Assembly: GCA_963667785.2 (NCBI GenBank)
Contig: CAXXMU010000002.1
Coordinates: 192,001-256,000 of the forward strand
Source: Alphaproteobacteria bacterium
Lineage (GTDB): Bacteria > Pseudomonadota > Alphaproteobacteria > UBA828
DNA length: 64,000 nt
Direction of reading: 5' to 3'
Shown here: one piece after another, positions 1-12,525 of the stretch
Layout: every line of letters begins with the position of its first letter
Position numbering within the stretch: position 1 is the stretch's first letter
Made by a program: the position numbers and the translations under genes
The notes under the pieces: model-generated
Told to the model about the DNA's origin: nothing
The model's database searches: none
What the model saw: the letters and a program-made list of their open reading frames with translations, nothing else

Positions 1-708
1 CAGCAAGTCCTCGACCACGTACGTCGACTGATCGATCTCGATGCCGCTGCCCTCGACGACGAATTCTACCCGGCTCACCTGTCTGTAGCACTCATTGACG
101 CGGTCTTTACTACGAGATTATCTTATGAGAAGCAAGTAATCCCGGTCATCAATAGGTATTGTCGTCGCTTTAGAGTTCGCCGAGTGAGAGCCGACCGTTG
201 TTCTCTTCCTGCCACCGAAGAGCAGGAAACATTAGTCGATCTTATTGGTCATTACGATGAGCTCGGTCGGAGTGGGATGCAGGAGCAAGTCTTTAGGGTC
301 CGGTACTGCTCCCCTGGTACCAAGATTCTGAAATCAGAGAACGTCCTCAACGCAGCGCTCGCGCTTAGGGGTATAGGAATCGACACGCTCCAAGACGCTG
401 CATCCAAGACGCCGCAGGAAGTGAAGTGTGTACTTCGTCCTCTTCATGGAATTGGTGACCGGACCATTCACATGCTCTTGATGTACACGGGCAACGACGA
501 CTTCGTGAAGGGAGATGTCCATATCTGCAGATTTGTAGCCAACGCACTTGAACGAGGGAAGGTTTCGGCTGAAGAGGCAGAGCGGCTTGTCCGCGAGGCT
601 GCAGAAGCGTTGTATATTGCTCCTCGGCTACTGGACTACGAGATTTGGAAGTTCGGGGCTATGCAAATAAGTGGCAAAGAGAAAAGAATCTGTGCCGGTG
701 TCAGGTAG
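1..708 (+). CDS. HhH-GPD-like (helix-hairpin-helix) DNA glycosylase-family protein, 5' truncated by the window edge
   Basis: Frame 1 is open from base 1 (QQVLDHVRRLIDL...) to TAG at 708; HhH motif LHGIGDRT followed by KGDVH; visibly lower GC and atypical codon usage. Confidence 0.6.
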   Translation, partial: QQVLDHVRRLIDLDAAALDDEFYPAHLSVALIDAVFTTRLSYEKQVIPVINRYCRRFRVRRVRADRCSLPATEEQETLVDLIGHYDELGRSGMQEQVFRVRYCSPGTKILKSENVLNAALALRGIGIDTLQDAASKTPQEVKCVLRPLHGIGDRTIHMLLMYTGNDDFVKGDVHICRFVANALERGKVSAEEAERLVREAAEALYIAPRLLDYEIWKFGAMQISGKEKRICAGVR

Positions 709-793
709 CTTCGTTAACTCAGATCGTACTCTTTAGACCGCAACTCTCTCGATTCTCTTTGGGCGGTAGTTGCGGCCATCAACGTCAGCAAAC

Positions 794-1723
794 TCATGCG
801 AAGCTCCTAGTGTTGTCCGCTCGCCTTGCCTCCGGCGTCGCCTGGCCGAATTGCGCCGCCTCCCAGCCCAGCATGACGCGCTTTCTAGCGGGGCCCCACT
901 CGTAGTTGGAGATGCGGCCCGTGCGCCGTATCACCCGATGGCACGGGATCAGGTAGGAGATCGGGTTGGCGGCGACGGCGCCGCCGATCGCGCGCGCGCC
1001 GCGCGGCAGTCCCAGCGACCCGGCCAGCGCCTGATAGGAGGTGACGCGGCCGGGCGGAATGCACAGCAGCGCCTCCCACACCTTGAGCTGGAAGTTGGTG
1101 CCGCTGACGGCGAGGCGGAGAGGCTCGCGGCGGGCCTGCTGCGGATCGAAGATACGCGCCGCAATGGCGGCGGTGGTGCCACGATCTTCGCGGAAGCGCG
1201 CGGCGGGCCAGCGCCGCTCGAACTCGGCGCAGACGGTGTCCGTGGTGCTGGCGCCGTCGCCGTCGGCGAAACCGAGCGCGCAGATGCCGCGCGCCGTGAG
1301 GCCGACGAAGCAGGGGCCGAACGGGCTCGGGTGCATGCCCCAGGCGATCTCCACCCCCTCGCCGCCGCGCTTGAAGGCACCGGGGCTCATCGCCTCGTAG
1401 GTCACGAAGAGATCGTGCAGCCGGGCCGGGCCGGAGAGGCCAGTGTCAAAGGCGGCATCGAGGATCGAGGCCGACGCCGCGAGCTGCGCCTTGGCGTATT
1501 CCAGCGAGAGATACTGGCCGAAGCGCTTGGGCGAGATACCCGCCCAGCGCCGGAACAGGCGTTGGAAATGGTAATGGCTGAGCCCTGCTGCATCCGCTAC
1601 CTCATCGAGGCTCGGCTGATCGCGGAAGTGCGCCTCGAGGTAGAGGATCGCGGCCTCGATGCGGGCGTAGTCGCGGGCGTTCCCCGCGATGTCCCGGTCG
1701 TTCTGTGTGGCTGTCGTCGTCAT
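794..1723 (-). CDS. AraC-HTH / methylated-DNA-protein-cysteine methyltransferase (Ada-like, lacking the N-terminal Zn domain)
   Basis: AraC HTH (LSHYHFQRLFRRWAGISP), GTNFQLKVWEAL and active-site IPCHRV; ATG at 1723 with AGGAGG upstream. Confidence 0.9.
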   Translation of the reverse strand: MTTTATQNDRDIAGNARDYARIEAAILYLEAHFRDQPSLDEVADAAGLSHYHFQRLFRRWAGISPKRFGQYLSLEYAKAQLAASASILDAAFDTGLSGPARLHDLFVTYEAMSPGAFKRGGEGVEIAWGMHPSPFGPCFVGLTARGICALGFADGDGASTTDTVCAEFERRWPAARFREDRGTTAAIAARIFDPQQARREPLRLAVSGTNFQLKVWEALLCIPPGRVTSYQALAGSLGLPRGARAIGGAVAANPISYLIPCHRVIRRTGRISNYEWGPARKRVMLGWEAAQFGQATPEARRADNTRSFA

Positions 1724-1912
1724 GGCGGCCCTCCTGAGCCGCCACCCTAGGGAGCGCGAAGGCGCCCCGCCACCCGATAGTTGCGCCGGCCGCACGATGG
1801 TCGAGACCGAGACACGGTCACGGGTTCGAGCAGACTCGGGTGAAGGTATTGGGAGCGGCGCAGCGTTCGGTTGGCGGCGGGATTGAAGCGGATTAATGTA
1901 GTAACATAAATC

Positions 1913-2185
1913 ATGCCGGTAGAGTTCGATCAGCGAAAGCATGCCGCGACCCTTCAAGCCCGGGGGCTGGACATGGGACGGGCCGGAGAGGTGTTCGCCG
2001 GCGCCACGCTGACCGTAGAGGACGACAGGCGAGACTATGGCGAGGATCGCTTCATCACCATCGGGTTCCTCGACAACACGATGGTGGTTCTGGCCTGGAC
2101 GCCGCGCGGCGGCGCGCACCGGATCATCAGCATGAGGAAGGCCAATGAACGGGAACGAGCGCTCTACGGCCCGCGATTCCGATAG
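1913..2185 (+). CDS. brnT: BrnT family toxin (type II TA ribonuclease)
   Basis: 90 aa with DDRRDYGEDRFITIG and RIISMRKANERER motifs; overlaps the antitoxin gene. Confidence 0.88.
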   Translation: MPVEFDQRKHAATLQARGLDMGRAGEVFAGATLTVEDDRRDYGEDRFITIGFLDNTMVVLAWTPRGGAHRIISMRKANERERALYGPRFR

Positions 2186-2402
2186 GGATGACGCGCCGGA
2201 TCTGACCGGGGACGGCTGGCCCGAGAAGTTCGCCAAGGCAAAGGTTCGCCGGGGGCGGCCGCCGGCCGCCAGGCCGAAGGTGTCGACCACGATCCGCCTT
2301 TCGCCGGATGTGATCGAACACTTCAAGGCCGAGGGCCGCGGATGGCAGACGCGGATCGACGAGGCGCTTCGCGAATGGATCAGGAAGCGCGGCGCGGCAT
2401 GA
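2145..2402 (+). CDS. brnA: BrnA family antitoxin (RHH)
   Basis: DDAPDLT, RRGRPP, TIRLSPDVIEHFKA and GWQTRIDEALR motifs; directly downstream of brnT. Confidence 0.88.
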   Translation: MNGNERSTARDSDRDDAPDLTGDGWPEKFAKAKVRRGRPPAARPKVSTTIRLSPDVIEHFKAEGRGWQTRIDEALREWIRKRGAA

Positions 2403-2415
2403 TCCTTGCCGCGCG

Positions 2416-3216
2416 CTAGTCTGCCGGCTTCACCGTCACGCCGTGGTTGATCGGCCCGTGGCCTGCGCCGTAGCCCGGCGCGGTCTCGATCGCCCGCCGC
2501 AGATAGGTCCGCGCCCGCGCGACCGCGGCGACGAGGTCCATTCCCTGCGCGATCCCGGTCGCGATGGCGGACGCGAGCGTGCAGCCCGTGCCGTGGGTGT
2601 GGCGGCTCGCGATCCTGGGCGCCTCGAAGCGCTCGAGTCCGCCGGGGTGGCTCAGGAGGTCGGTGACCAGGTCCGACTCCAGATGGCCGCCCTTGACCAG
2701 GACGGCGCGAGGCCCCAGCCGATGAATTCGCTCGGCCGCGCGGGCCATGCCGTCGACCGTGGCGATGGCAAGCCCGGTCAGCCGCTCCGCCTCCGGAATG
2801 TTGGGAGTCACCAGATCGGCCCGGCCGACGAGGCGGGTGGCGAGCGCGCGCATGGCAGACGGCTCCAGCAACGCCGCGCCGCCCTTGGCCACGAGCACGG
2901 GGTCGACCACGAGCGGCACGTCGGCGCCGTGCTCCGCCGCGGTGTCCGCGATCGCCTCGATGATCGGCACGCTGTGGATCATCCCGGTCTTGATGCAGTC
3001 GGCGCCGATGTCGGCGAGGACCACGCGCATCTGCCGGGCGACGAACGCCGCCGGCACCGGGTGAACGTCGTGCACGGTGCGGGTGTCCTGCGCGGTCAGC
3101 GCGGTGACGGCGGTCGCGGCATAGCCGCCGAGCGCGGTCACGGTCTTGATGTCGGCCTGAATCCCGGCGCCGCCACCGGAATCGGAGCCGGCGGCGATGA
3201 GCACCCGGCCCTTCAT
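2416..3216 (-). CDS. thiD: Hydroxymethylpyrimidine/phosphomethylpyrimidine kinase
   Basis: [24 protein letters not shown] and [11 protein letters not shown] motifs. Confidence 0.95.
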   Translation of the reverse strand: MKGRVLIAAGSDSGGGAGIQADIKTVTALGGYAATAVTALTAQDTRTVHDVHPVPAAFVARQMRVVLADIGADCIKTGMIHSVPIIEAIADTAAEHGADVPLVVDPVLVAKGGAALLEPSAMRALATRLVGRADLVTPNIPEAERLTGLAIATVDGMARAAERIHRLGPRAVLVKGGHLESDLVTDLLSHPGGLERFEAPRIASRHTHGTGCTLASAIATGIAQGMDLVAAVARARTYLRRAIETAPGYGAGHGPINHGVTVKPAD

Positions 3217-4622
3217 TGCGCGGCCGCGCCGGTGCGCTCCCCCGCCTGCTCGGCCGCCTCGATCACGGCGGCGGCAACGTCGTCGATCACCGCCGAGACC
3301 AGCGCCTCGTCGTCGCCTTCGGCCATCAGGCGGATCACCGGCTCGGTGCCGGACGGGCGGACGACGAGGCGGCCGCGATCGCCGAGCCGTGCCTCGGCCG
3401 CTGCGATCGCCGCCTGCGCGCGTGGGCTCCGGAGCGGGTCCCCGCCCGTGACCCGGACGTTGCGGAGCAACTGGGGCAGGGCGTCGAAGAGGCGCGTCGC
3501 GTCGCTCGCCCGGCGCCCGGTCGCCGCCAGAGCCGCCAGGGTCTGAAGCGCCGCCATCAGGCCGTCGCCGGTGGTCGAGTGGTCGCCGAGCACGATGTGG
3601 CCCGACTGCTCGCCGCCGAGGTTGAACCCGTGTTGCCTCATGTGCTCGACGACGTAGCGGTCGCCGACGCGGGTGCGCGCGAGAGCGAGGCCGCTATCCG
3701 CCAGGTAGCGCTCGAGCCCCAGATTGGACATGATCGTCGCGACCACGCCGCCGCCCTTGAGCCGTCCCTCATCGGCCCAGTGCGAGGCGATCAACGCCAT
3801 GATGTGGTCGCCGTCGATCGCTTTCCCGTTCTCGTCGCACATCACCACCCGGTCGGCGTCGCCGTCCAGCGCGATTCCGATGTCGGCGCCGCGCTCGACC
3901 ACGGTGCGCGCGAGCAGGGCCGTGTCGGTGGAGCCGCAGCCTTCGTTTATGTTCAGCCCGTCCGGCTCGGCGCCGATCGTGACGACCTCGGCGCCCAGCT
4001 CCCACAGCACGGTGGGCGCCACCTTGTAGGCGGCGCCATGGGCGCAGTCGATCACGATGCGGCTGCCCTCGAGCCCGAGCGGCCGCGGAAAGCTGTTCTT
4101 GACGAACTCGATGTAGCGGCCCTCGGCGTCGTCGAGGCGCCGCGCGCGGCCGAGCGCTTCCGGCGCCGCCAGTCCCTGCACGCCGGCAGCGACGCCGGCC
4201 TCGATCCGCGCCTCCATCTCGTCGGAGAGCTTGTAGCCGTCCGGCCCGAAGAGCTTGATGCCGTTGTCGGCGAACGGGTTGTGCGAGGCGGAGATCATGA
4301 CGCCGAGATCGGCCCTGAGCGCGCGGGTGAGCATCGCCACGGCGGGCGTCGGCATCGGCCCGACCAGGACGACGTCCATGCCGACCGAGATGAAGCCGGC
4401 CGTCAGCGCGGATTCGAACAGGTAGCCCGAGAGTCGCGTGTCCTTGCCGATGACGATGCGGTGCCGGTGGTCGCCGCGCAGAAAGAGGCTGCCGGCTGCC
4501 GCGCCCACCTTCATCACGGTCTCGGCGGTCATCGGCTCCCGATTCGCGACGCCGCGGATGCCGTCGGTGCCGAAGAGGGGCCGCGGCGTCCCGCGCGCGC
4601 CATCGTCGCTGGCGCGGCTCAT
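3213..4622 (-). CDS. glmM: Phosphoglucosamine mutase
   Basis: [29 protein letters not shown] and RPSGTEP; ATG at 4622 overlaps the folP stop. Confidence 0.95.
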   Translation of the reverse strand: MSRASDDGARGTPRPLFGTDGIRGVANREPMTAETVMKVGAAAGSLFLRGDHRHRIVIGKDTRLSGYLFESALTAGFISVGMDVVLVGPMPTPAVAMLTRALRADLGVMISASHNPFADNGIKLFGPDGYKLSDEMEARIEAGVAAGVQGLAAPEALGRARRLDDAEGRYIEFVKNSFPRPLGLEGSRIVIDCAHGAAYKVAPTVLWELGAEVVTIGAEPDGLNINEGCGSTDTALLARTVVERGADIGIALDGDADRVVMCDENGKAIDGDHIMALIASHWADEGRLKGGGVVATIMSNLGLERYLADSGLALARTRVGDRYVVEHMRQHGFNLGGEQSGHIVLGDHSTTGDGLMAALQTLAALAATGRRASDATRLFDALPQLLRNVRVTGGDPLRSPRAQAAIAAAEARLGDRGRLVVRPSGTEPVIRLMAEGDDEALVSAVIDDVAAAVIEAAEQAGERTGAAAQ

Positions 4623-5731
4623 CGGGGCGCACTCGCGGCAGCCGAGGCGGGATCGCGAATGCCGCGCCACAGCGCAAGCGCCTGGCGCGTCTCCGCCACG
4701 TCGTGCACGCGCAGGATATGCGCGCCTTCGCCCAGCGCATGCAGCCCGGCGGCGAGCGAGCCCGGCAACCGCTCCTTGGGCGCTTCGCCCGCGCTGAGGC
4801 GGCCGATGAAGCTCTTGCGCGAGACGCCGGCCAGCAGCGGGCAGCCGAGGCCGTGGAAGAGCGTGCAGTCGCGCAGGAGCTCCAGGTTGTGGCGCGCGGT
4901 CTTGCCGAAGCCGATACCGGGATCGACGATGAGCCTGTCGCGCGGGATTCCGGCCGCCTCGGCCGCGCGAACGTGCGCCGCCAGCGTGTCGAAGACGTCG
5001 AGGCTCGCGTCGACGTAGCGCGGCTCCCGCTGCATCGTCTCCGGCGTCCCCTGCATGTGGACGAGCACGGCCCACGCACGATGCCGGGCGACGACCGCGC
5101 GGGCCCGGTCGTCGTGGCCGAGCGCGCTGACGTCGTTCACCATGCGGGCGCCGGCCGAGAGCGCGGCGTCCATCACCGCAGCGCGGCGGGTGTCGACGGA
5201 GACGAGAATCCCGGCCCCGGCGAGCGCGCGCACCACCGGCAGCACCCGGCGCATCTCCTCTTCCTCGCTCGGCGGCTGCGAGCCGGGGCGGGTCGATTCG
5301 CCGCCCACGTCGACGATGTCCGCGCCGGCCTCGGCCATGGCACGGCCGTGCGCGATCGCATCCCGCTCGGCGGCATGGTCGCCGCCGTCGGAGAAGCTGT
5401 CGGGCGTCACGTTGAGGACGCCCATCAGCCGCGGCCGGTCCAGGGCAAGGCCGCCGACCGGGCCGCGCGGCGCGGCGAGGCGAGCGTTGAGCGCGGCGAT
5501 GTCGTCTGCGACGCCCGGGGCATTCTTCTCGGCCCAGCGGGCGAGCACGGCATGCTGCAGCCGCACCCGCCGGCGCTCGGGCCGGCCGCGGAACAGCACG
5601 TCCACCAGGTCGAAGGCGAGCGTGGCGCCGGCGACCGGGTTGCAGGGCCTGAGGTAGACAGAGCCTTCGCGCGGCTGCGGCTGGGCGCCTTCCTCGGCCG
5701 CCGCCGGCTCTCTCAGGGGAACTGCCGGCAC
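4619..5731 (-). CDS. folP: Dihydropteroate synthase (start codon uncertain)
   Basis: [38 protein letters not shown] and RVHDV; ftsH-folP-glmM synteny. Confidence 0.92.
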   Translation of the reverse strand: MPAVPLREPAAAEEGAQPQPREGSVYLRPCNPVAGATLAFDLVDVLFRGRPERRRVRLQHAVLARWAEKNAPGVADDIAALNARLAAPRGPVGGLALDRPRLMGVLNVTPDSFSDGGDHAAERDAIAHGRAMAEAGADIVDVGGESTRPGSQPPSEEEEMRRVLPVVRALAGAGILVSVDTRRAAVMDAALSAGARMVNDVSALGHDDRARAVVARHRAWAVLVHMQGTPETMQREPRYVDASLDVFDTLAAHVRAAEAAGIPRDRLIVDPGIGFGKTARHNLELLRDCTLFHGLGCPLLAGVSRKSFIGRLSAGEAPKERLPGSLAAGLHALGEGAHILRVHDVAETRQALALWRGIRDPASAAASAPR

Positions 5732-5747
5732 GACAGCCGGGCCGGGA

Positions 5748-7676
<1,929 letters not shown>

Positions 7677-7798
7677 CGCTCGGCCTCCGGTCGTTCGTGC
7701 GCCCGCCGCTCGCAGGCGCTTCAACTATTGCCGCGGCCAAGTACTGGCCGCCCGTGCGCCCAGTGTACGCCGCGCATCCAGTGTACACGACAATGACT

Positions 7799-9259
7799 TC
7801 ACGGGCGATCAATAGTCTCGTCACTGCTTTCTTCCTGTTTCGGCAGGACGCGGAGCGTTGCCGGAAGACCGGATGCCAGGGGATGCGCGGGCCGGAACGA
7901 CGCCGTGAACGCTGCGGCGCCGGCCTCGTTCCGCTCCACTTCCCTCGTGAACTGCAGGTGGGGTGCGGAGAGCGGGCCGTCAAGGTCGAACAGCGCCGGC
8001 AATGCCGGTCGCGCCGGCGCCGGAACGTGGCCGGTCCAGAGCGGCATGCCGGCATCGCGCGCCAGCGCTCGCGCCTGGGCAAGTCCATCGAGTCCGAGTC
8101 GGCACACGACGAACGGCCCCGGCCCGGCAGCGCGGCCAAGGGCGACGACGAAGCGGCGGTCCCAGAGGACCCTCTCGCCCGGCGCGAGCGGGCGCACCTC
8201 TGCGGCCGCCGCCGGCTCGCGACAGACGATAAGCCTGCCGTCCCGCGGGACGACGCGGCAGCCGCCGAGAGTGGCGGCGCTGTCGCGCTCGCCGAGCACT
8301 CGGTCCGCAAGCCGCTCCAGCCGCTCCAGCCGCGGGGGATGAGGGGCGCCGGAGACCATGGTGACGGCGCGGCCGAGCGCGCGAAGCGCCAGCGCCGGCG
8401 GCGCCCGGCGCAGGCCGTCCGGGTCGAGGGTCACGAAGCCCGCAGGCGAGGGGTGCGCGCAGATGGCCAGCAGATCGCCGACGAGTCGGTCGAGCGCAGC
8501 CCGGTCGCGTGCGGCCCGGCCTGCGCTCCGCGCCAGCCGCGTGGCACTCAGCCCTTCCGCCCCGAGATGCGCCAGCGCGCGCGCGAGTCGCGGTCGCGCA
8601 TGGTGCATGTCGCGGTTGGACCGGTCGTCGATCCAGGGCTGGTCCCGGCGGGCCAGTGTCGCTCCGAGCGCCTCGCGCGGCACGGGAAGAAGGGGGCGAA
8701 GCAGGCGGACGCCACCGCCCGCCGGCTCCAGTGCCAGGCGAACGGGCGCCATGGCCGCAAGCCCGTCGATGCCGCTCCCCCGGACGAGCCGCTGCAGCGC
8801 CGTCTCCGCCTGATCCTCCCGCTGGTGGCCGAGCAGAAGGTGGAGCACGCGCGCACGCCAGCACCAGCCGGTGAGCAGTGCAAGGCGCGCGACCCGTGCC
8901 TCCTCCTGAATCCGGCTGCGGCGCCGCGTGCCGCGCCAGCGCAGCGTGCTGTGGGCGATGCTGCGGGCGGCGAGCCAGTGCCCCACCTGGCGTGCCTCGG
9001 CGCCCGATTCCGGGCGCAGGCGATGATCGACCGTCAGTGCATGGACCGTGCCGCCGCGCGCCCGCGCCCAGCGATCGGCGAGCAGGCAGAGGGCCAGGCT
9101 GTCGCAGCCGCCGGACACTGCGACGGCGATCCGGGGCCTGGGCTCGAACGGGCCGAGCGGCGCCATGAGCGCCTCGAATGCGGCCGACTCGACCGGCGTG
9201 GCAGTGAGAGACGCGCTCTCCGGCGGGACGATGCGGGGCACGGTCACGCGCGGAGACAC
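7799..9259 (-). CDS. tilS: tRNA(Ile)-lysidine synthetase
   Basis: AVSGGCDS PP-loop, VDHRLR, GHQREDQAET and RPLL; between cpoB and ftsH. Confidence 0.92.
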   Translation of the reverse strand: MSPRVTVPRIVPPESASLTATPVESAAFEALMAPLGPFEPRPRIAVAVSGGCDSLALCLLADRWARARGGTVHALTVDHRLRPESGAEARQVGHWLAARSIAHSTLRWRGTRRRSRIQEEARVARLALLTGWCWRARVLHLLLGHQREDQAETALQRLVRGSGIDGLAAMAPVRLALEPAGGGVRLLRPLLPVPREALGATLARRDQPWIDDRSNRDMHHARPRLARALAHLGAEGLSATRLARSAGRAARDRAALDRLVGDLLAICAHPSPAGFVTLDPDGLRRAPPALALRALGRAVTMVSGAPHPPRLERLERLADRVLGERDSAATLGGCRVVPRDGRLIVCREPAAAAEVRPLAPGERVLWDRRFVVALGRAAGPGPFVVCRLGLDGLAQARALARDAGMPLWTGHVPAPARPALPALFDLDGPLSAPHLQFTREVERNEAGAAAFTASFRPAHPLASGLPATLRVLPKQEESSDETIDRP

Positions 9260-9266
9260 CCCACGC

Positions 9267-10307
9267 TCAGGGGCAGTTCGCCTGCCGCTGCCCCTGCTGC
9301 GCTGCCCGGCGGATATTGAGCGGCGGGTCGGGAAAGGTCTGCTCGAGCTGCGCGAAGGTCCGGCAGGCCTCGTCGCTGCGTTCCAGCCTGATCAGTGTCA
9401 TGCCGAGCTTGACCATGTTGTCGGGTGCCTTTCGGCCCTCCGGGAAGTCTCGCAGGTTGAGGGCGTAGCAGCGCGCCGCCTCGCCGAACATCTTCCTGGC
9501 GTAGAGCGTCTCGCAGCGCCAGTAGCTCGCGTTGGGCGCCAGCTCGTTCGCGGGATGGATCTCGAGGAAGCGCGTGAGCGCGTCGTATGCCTCCTGGAAG
9601 CCGCCGGCTTCGAGGATCGCGAACGCCTCCTTGTACCGCTCGTCGGGCGTCAGCGCCCGTTCCGGCTCGCCGCCCGCCGGCTCGTCGGCCGGAATGAGGC
9701 CGAGGGTCTCGACGGAACTCGCCGGCCCGTCGCCGGCTTGCCGGTCGGGCTCGATGCCGGCAACGACCTGGCTGGTCGCGGGCTCTGCCGTGGGCCCGTC
9801 GTCGGTGGTGGCGGCGGATGCCGTGCCGGATACCTGCCCCGGTCCCCGCTCGAGAGCGGACAGCCTGAAGTCCACATCGGCGACGAGCCGTTCGATGCGG
9901 CCCTCGATTCGCCGCAGCTTGTTGTCGAGCTCTTCGAAGCGGCCGGTGACCACCCGCCGCCACTCCCTGGTCTCGTCGATGGCGGTCTCGAGCTCGGCCA
10001 GTCTCCGGCTGTTCCGCTCCCCGATCGCGTCGTTCGGCCCGGCCTGGGGCGCGGCGGCCTTCGGCTCGGCGCGGGTGTGAACCACCCTCTCCAGATCGGC
10101 GAGCTGCGCGCGCAGGCTGACGACCTGGTTCTTCAGTTCGTTGATCTGGCTGTTGAGATGGGCAGGGGACTGGGCATCCGCCGTGGTCGCGCCCAGCGTT
10201 GCCGCCAGCGCCGCGATCACGACCAGCGCCGTCGCTGGCCACGCCCTCGTGCGCCGCCGCCCGGGTCTCGCCGCCCCGTCCGACGAGGCGGCCGCGTTGC
10301 CGCGCAT
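9267..10307 (-). CDS. cpoB: Tol-Pal system protein CpoB/YbgF
   Basis: Signal peptide, coiled coil and C-terminal TPR (NASYW...KAPDNMVKLG); follows pal. Confidence 0.85.
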   Translation of the reverse strand: MRGNAAASSDGAARPGRRRTRAWPATALVVIAALAATLGATTADAQSPAHLNSQINELKNQVVSLRAQLADLERVVHTRAEPKAAAPQAGPNDAIGERNSRRLAELETAIDETREWRRVVTGRFEELDNKLRRIEGRIERLVADVDFRLSALERGPGQVSGTASAATTDDGPTAEPATSQVVAGIEPDRQAGDGPASSVETLGLIPADEPAGGEPERALTPDERYKEAFAILEAGGFQEAYDALTRFLEIHPANELAPNASYWRCETLYARKMFGEAARCYALNLRDFPEGRKAPDNMVKLGMTLIRLERSDEACRTFAQLEQTFPDPPLNIRRAAQQGQRQANCP

Positions 10308-10329
10308 CGCCCGTCCGACTCCCGTCCGG

Positions 10330-10893
10330 CTAGTTCAGCTCCTTGACCGAGACGGCGCGCCGGTTGAGAGCCCACGCCTCCTCGTTGTGATCGAGGGCAT
10401 AGGGCCGTTCCTTGCCGTACGAGATCGTCGTCAGGCGCGATGGCGCGATGCCCTGGGTGATCAGATACTCGCGCACGGCGTTGGCGCGGCGCTCACCCAG
10501 CGCGAGGTTGTATTCCCGCGTTCCCCGCTCGTCGCAATGGCCCTCGATGATCAGGGAGTTCTCCGGGAACAGCCTGAGCCATTCGGCTTGTCGCTCCAGC
10601 GTCCGGCGTGCATCCGCGTCGAGGACGGCGCTGTCGAGCGCGAAGAAGACGCGGTCGCCGACCCTCTGAACCAGATCCTGGTGCGATCCCGGCTCCGGCA
10701 GGGCCGGATCGGGGGGTTCTGCCAGCGGTTCCTCGGGCTCCACGACGACGACCTCCGGCTCAGGGGCCGCCGGCTCAAGTTCCTGTTGGAGCTCGACACC
10801 TTCGCTCACGGCGGAGCTGTCTTCCTCGGGCGTGCTCTCGCATGCAGCCAGGGCGAACACCGCCACAAGCGGCACGATCAGTCTCAGTCGCAT
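10330..10893 (-). CDS. pal: Peptidoglycan-associated lipoprotein Pal
   Basis: Lipobox LAAC; OmpA-like domain IEGHCDERGTREYNLALGERRA and NRRA. Confidence 0.96.
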   Translation of the reverse strand: MRLRLIVPLVAVFALAACESTPEEDSSAVSEGVELQQELEPAAPEPEVVVVEPEEPLAEPPDPALPEPGSHQDLVQRVGDRVFFALDSAVLDADARRTLERQAEWLRLFPENSLIIEGHCDERGTREYNLALGERRANAVREYLITQGIAPSRLTTISYGKERPYALDHNEEAWALNRRAVSVKELN

Positions 10894-11101
10894 TCAGACG
10901 CTCTCCTTCATCAATGAGCGGGGAGCGGAACCCTCGAGGTCCCGTCCATGTCCGGCCGGCTTCCCACCGATCATCAGGCGACAGAGCGCGGCACAAAGCA
11001 TTTCGGAACGCCGCGGAACGGGGCCGCTGCCATGGCGGCGGCCACAATGGAAATCGAGGCGACTATAGCTTTGCGTCATGACCCTATCAACGGCAGCCAT
11101 G

Positions 11102-12472
11102 CTAATTCAGCGGTGACCAGGCGGGATCCGATGCCGCCGTGCTGGTAAACAGGATGCGCTCGTTCCGCCCCGTCAGGTCGATGGTCACCAGCTCGGCGCT
11201 GTCGGGATCGCGCGAGCTGGAGCGGAAGAACATGAGCACGCGGCCGTTGGGCGCCCAGGTCGGGCCCTCGACCAGATAGTCCCGCGACAGGATTCGCTCG
11301 CCCGTGCCGTCGGGGCCGATGACGCCGATCGAGAACTGGCCGCGGTGGCTCTTGGTGAACGCGATCAGGTCGCCGCGCGGAGACCACACCGGAGTCCCGT
11401 AGCGCCCTTCGCCGAAGGTGATGCGGCGCACGTCGCTGCCGTCGCGCCGCATGACGTAGATCTGCTGGCTCCCGCCCCGGTCCGACTCGAAGGCGACGAA
11501 TTCTCCGTCGGGCGAATAGCAGGGCGCGGTCTCGATGGCCGGGTTGTCGGTGAGCTGCGTGACCCCGCGCGAGCGCAGGTCCATCTCGTAGATGTCGGAA
11601 TTGCCGTTGCGGGCGAAGGTCATGATGACCTTGTTGCCGTCGGGCGAGAAGCGCGGCGCGAAGGTCATGCCCGGAAAATCGCCGAGCACCTCCACCTGGC
11701 CCGTGTCGATCTGGCGCAGATACACCTTGGGCACCCCGCGCTCGTAGGAGAGATAGGTGATCTCCGGAGCGGTCGGCGAGAAGCGGGGCGTCAGCACCAG
11801 ATGCTCGCCGTCGGAGAGGTAATGCAGGTTGTGGCCGTCCTGATCCATGATCGCCAAGCGTTTGATTCGCCGATCCGGCGGTCCGGTCTCGGCGATGTAG
11901 ACGATGCGGGTGTTGAAGTAGCCGCTCTCGCCGGTCAGCCGCTCGTAGATCTTGTCGGACATGGTGTGGGCGATGGGTCGCCAGGCATCGGCCCCGCCGC
12001 TCAGCTTCAGCCCCACCAGCTGCTGCTCCGCGAACACGTCCCAGAGGCGGAACTCGACGGTGAGCCGCCCGGCGCCGCTCGGCACGACGCGGCCCGTCAC
12101 CAGCGCCTGCGCGTTGATGATCCGCCAGTCCTGGAAGCGCGGCCGTACCGTCATTCCCTCCGGCTCGCCGATGAAGGCCGCCGGGTCGAGCGGGCGGAAG
12201 AGGCCGGAGCGTTCCAGGTTGCGGGTGATGATCTCGGTGATCCTGCGGCCGACCTTCGCATCCGCCTCGCTCTCGCCGGCGAGGTCGACGAGGGCGATGG
12301 GCAGAGGGTCCGCGTGGCCGCGCGTGATGTCCACCCTGAGCTCGTCGCTCTCGTCGCTGGCGGTGGCGGCGGCCGCGAGGATCGTCAGCGCGAGGACGAG
12401 GGCGGCAGGCAGGGCCAGGGCGCGGTGCGCCGTGCGCGCAATCGGTCCGCTCATTGTCAGCTCTCGTCTCAT
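11102..12472 (-). CDS. tolB: Tol-Pal beta-propeller protein TolB
   Basis: TolB N-domain ([16 protein letters not shown]) and PD40 repeats (PRFSP, PVWSP, PAWSP). Confidence 0.96.
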   Translation of the reverse strand: MRRELTMSGPIARTAHRALALPAALVLALTILAAAATASDESDELRVDITRGHADPLPIALVDLAGESEADAKVGRRITEIITRNLERSGLFRPLDPAAFIGEPEGMTVRPRFQDWRIINAQALVTGRVVPSGAGRLTVEFRLWDVFAEQQLVGLKLSGGADAWRPIAHTMSDKIYERLTGESGYFNTRIVYIAETGPPDRRIKRLAIMDQDGHNLHYLSDGEHLVLTPRFSPTAPEITYLSYERGVPKVYLRQIDTGQVEVLGDFPGMTFAPRFSPDGNKVIMTFARNGNSDIYEMDLRSRGVTQLTDNPAIETAPCYSPDGEFVAFESDRGGSQQIYVMRRDGSDVRRITFGEGRYGTPVWSPRGDLIAFTKSHRGQFSIGVIGPDGTGERILSRDYLVEGPTWAPNGRVLMFFRSSSRDPDSAELVTIDLTGRNERILFTSTAASDPAWSPLN

Positions 12473-12525
12473 CGTCGCACCGTTGCTTCCTGTCCTTCGA
12501 TTGGGCCCAAATTATGGCAGGCGCT

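Noticed and set aside
794-2326. 510-aa ORF suggesting a long N-terminal extension of the Ada-like protein
   Set aside because: The extension is antisense to brnTA; a good RBS and ATG exist at 1723
5450-5731. N-terminal extension on FolP
   Set aside because: Similar extensions are common in alphaproteobacterial FolP, and the start is uncertain
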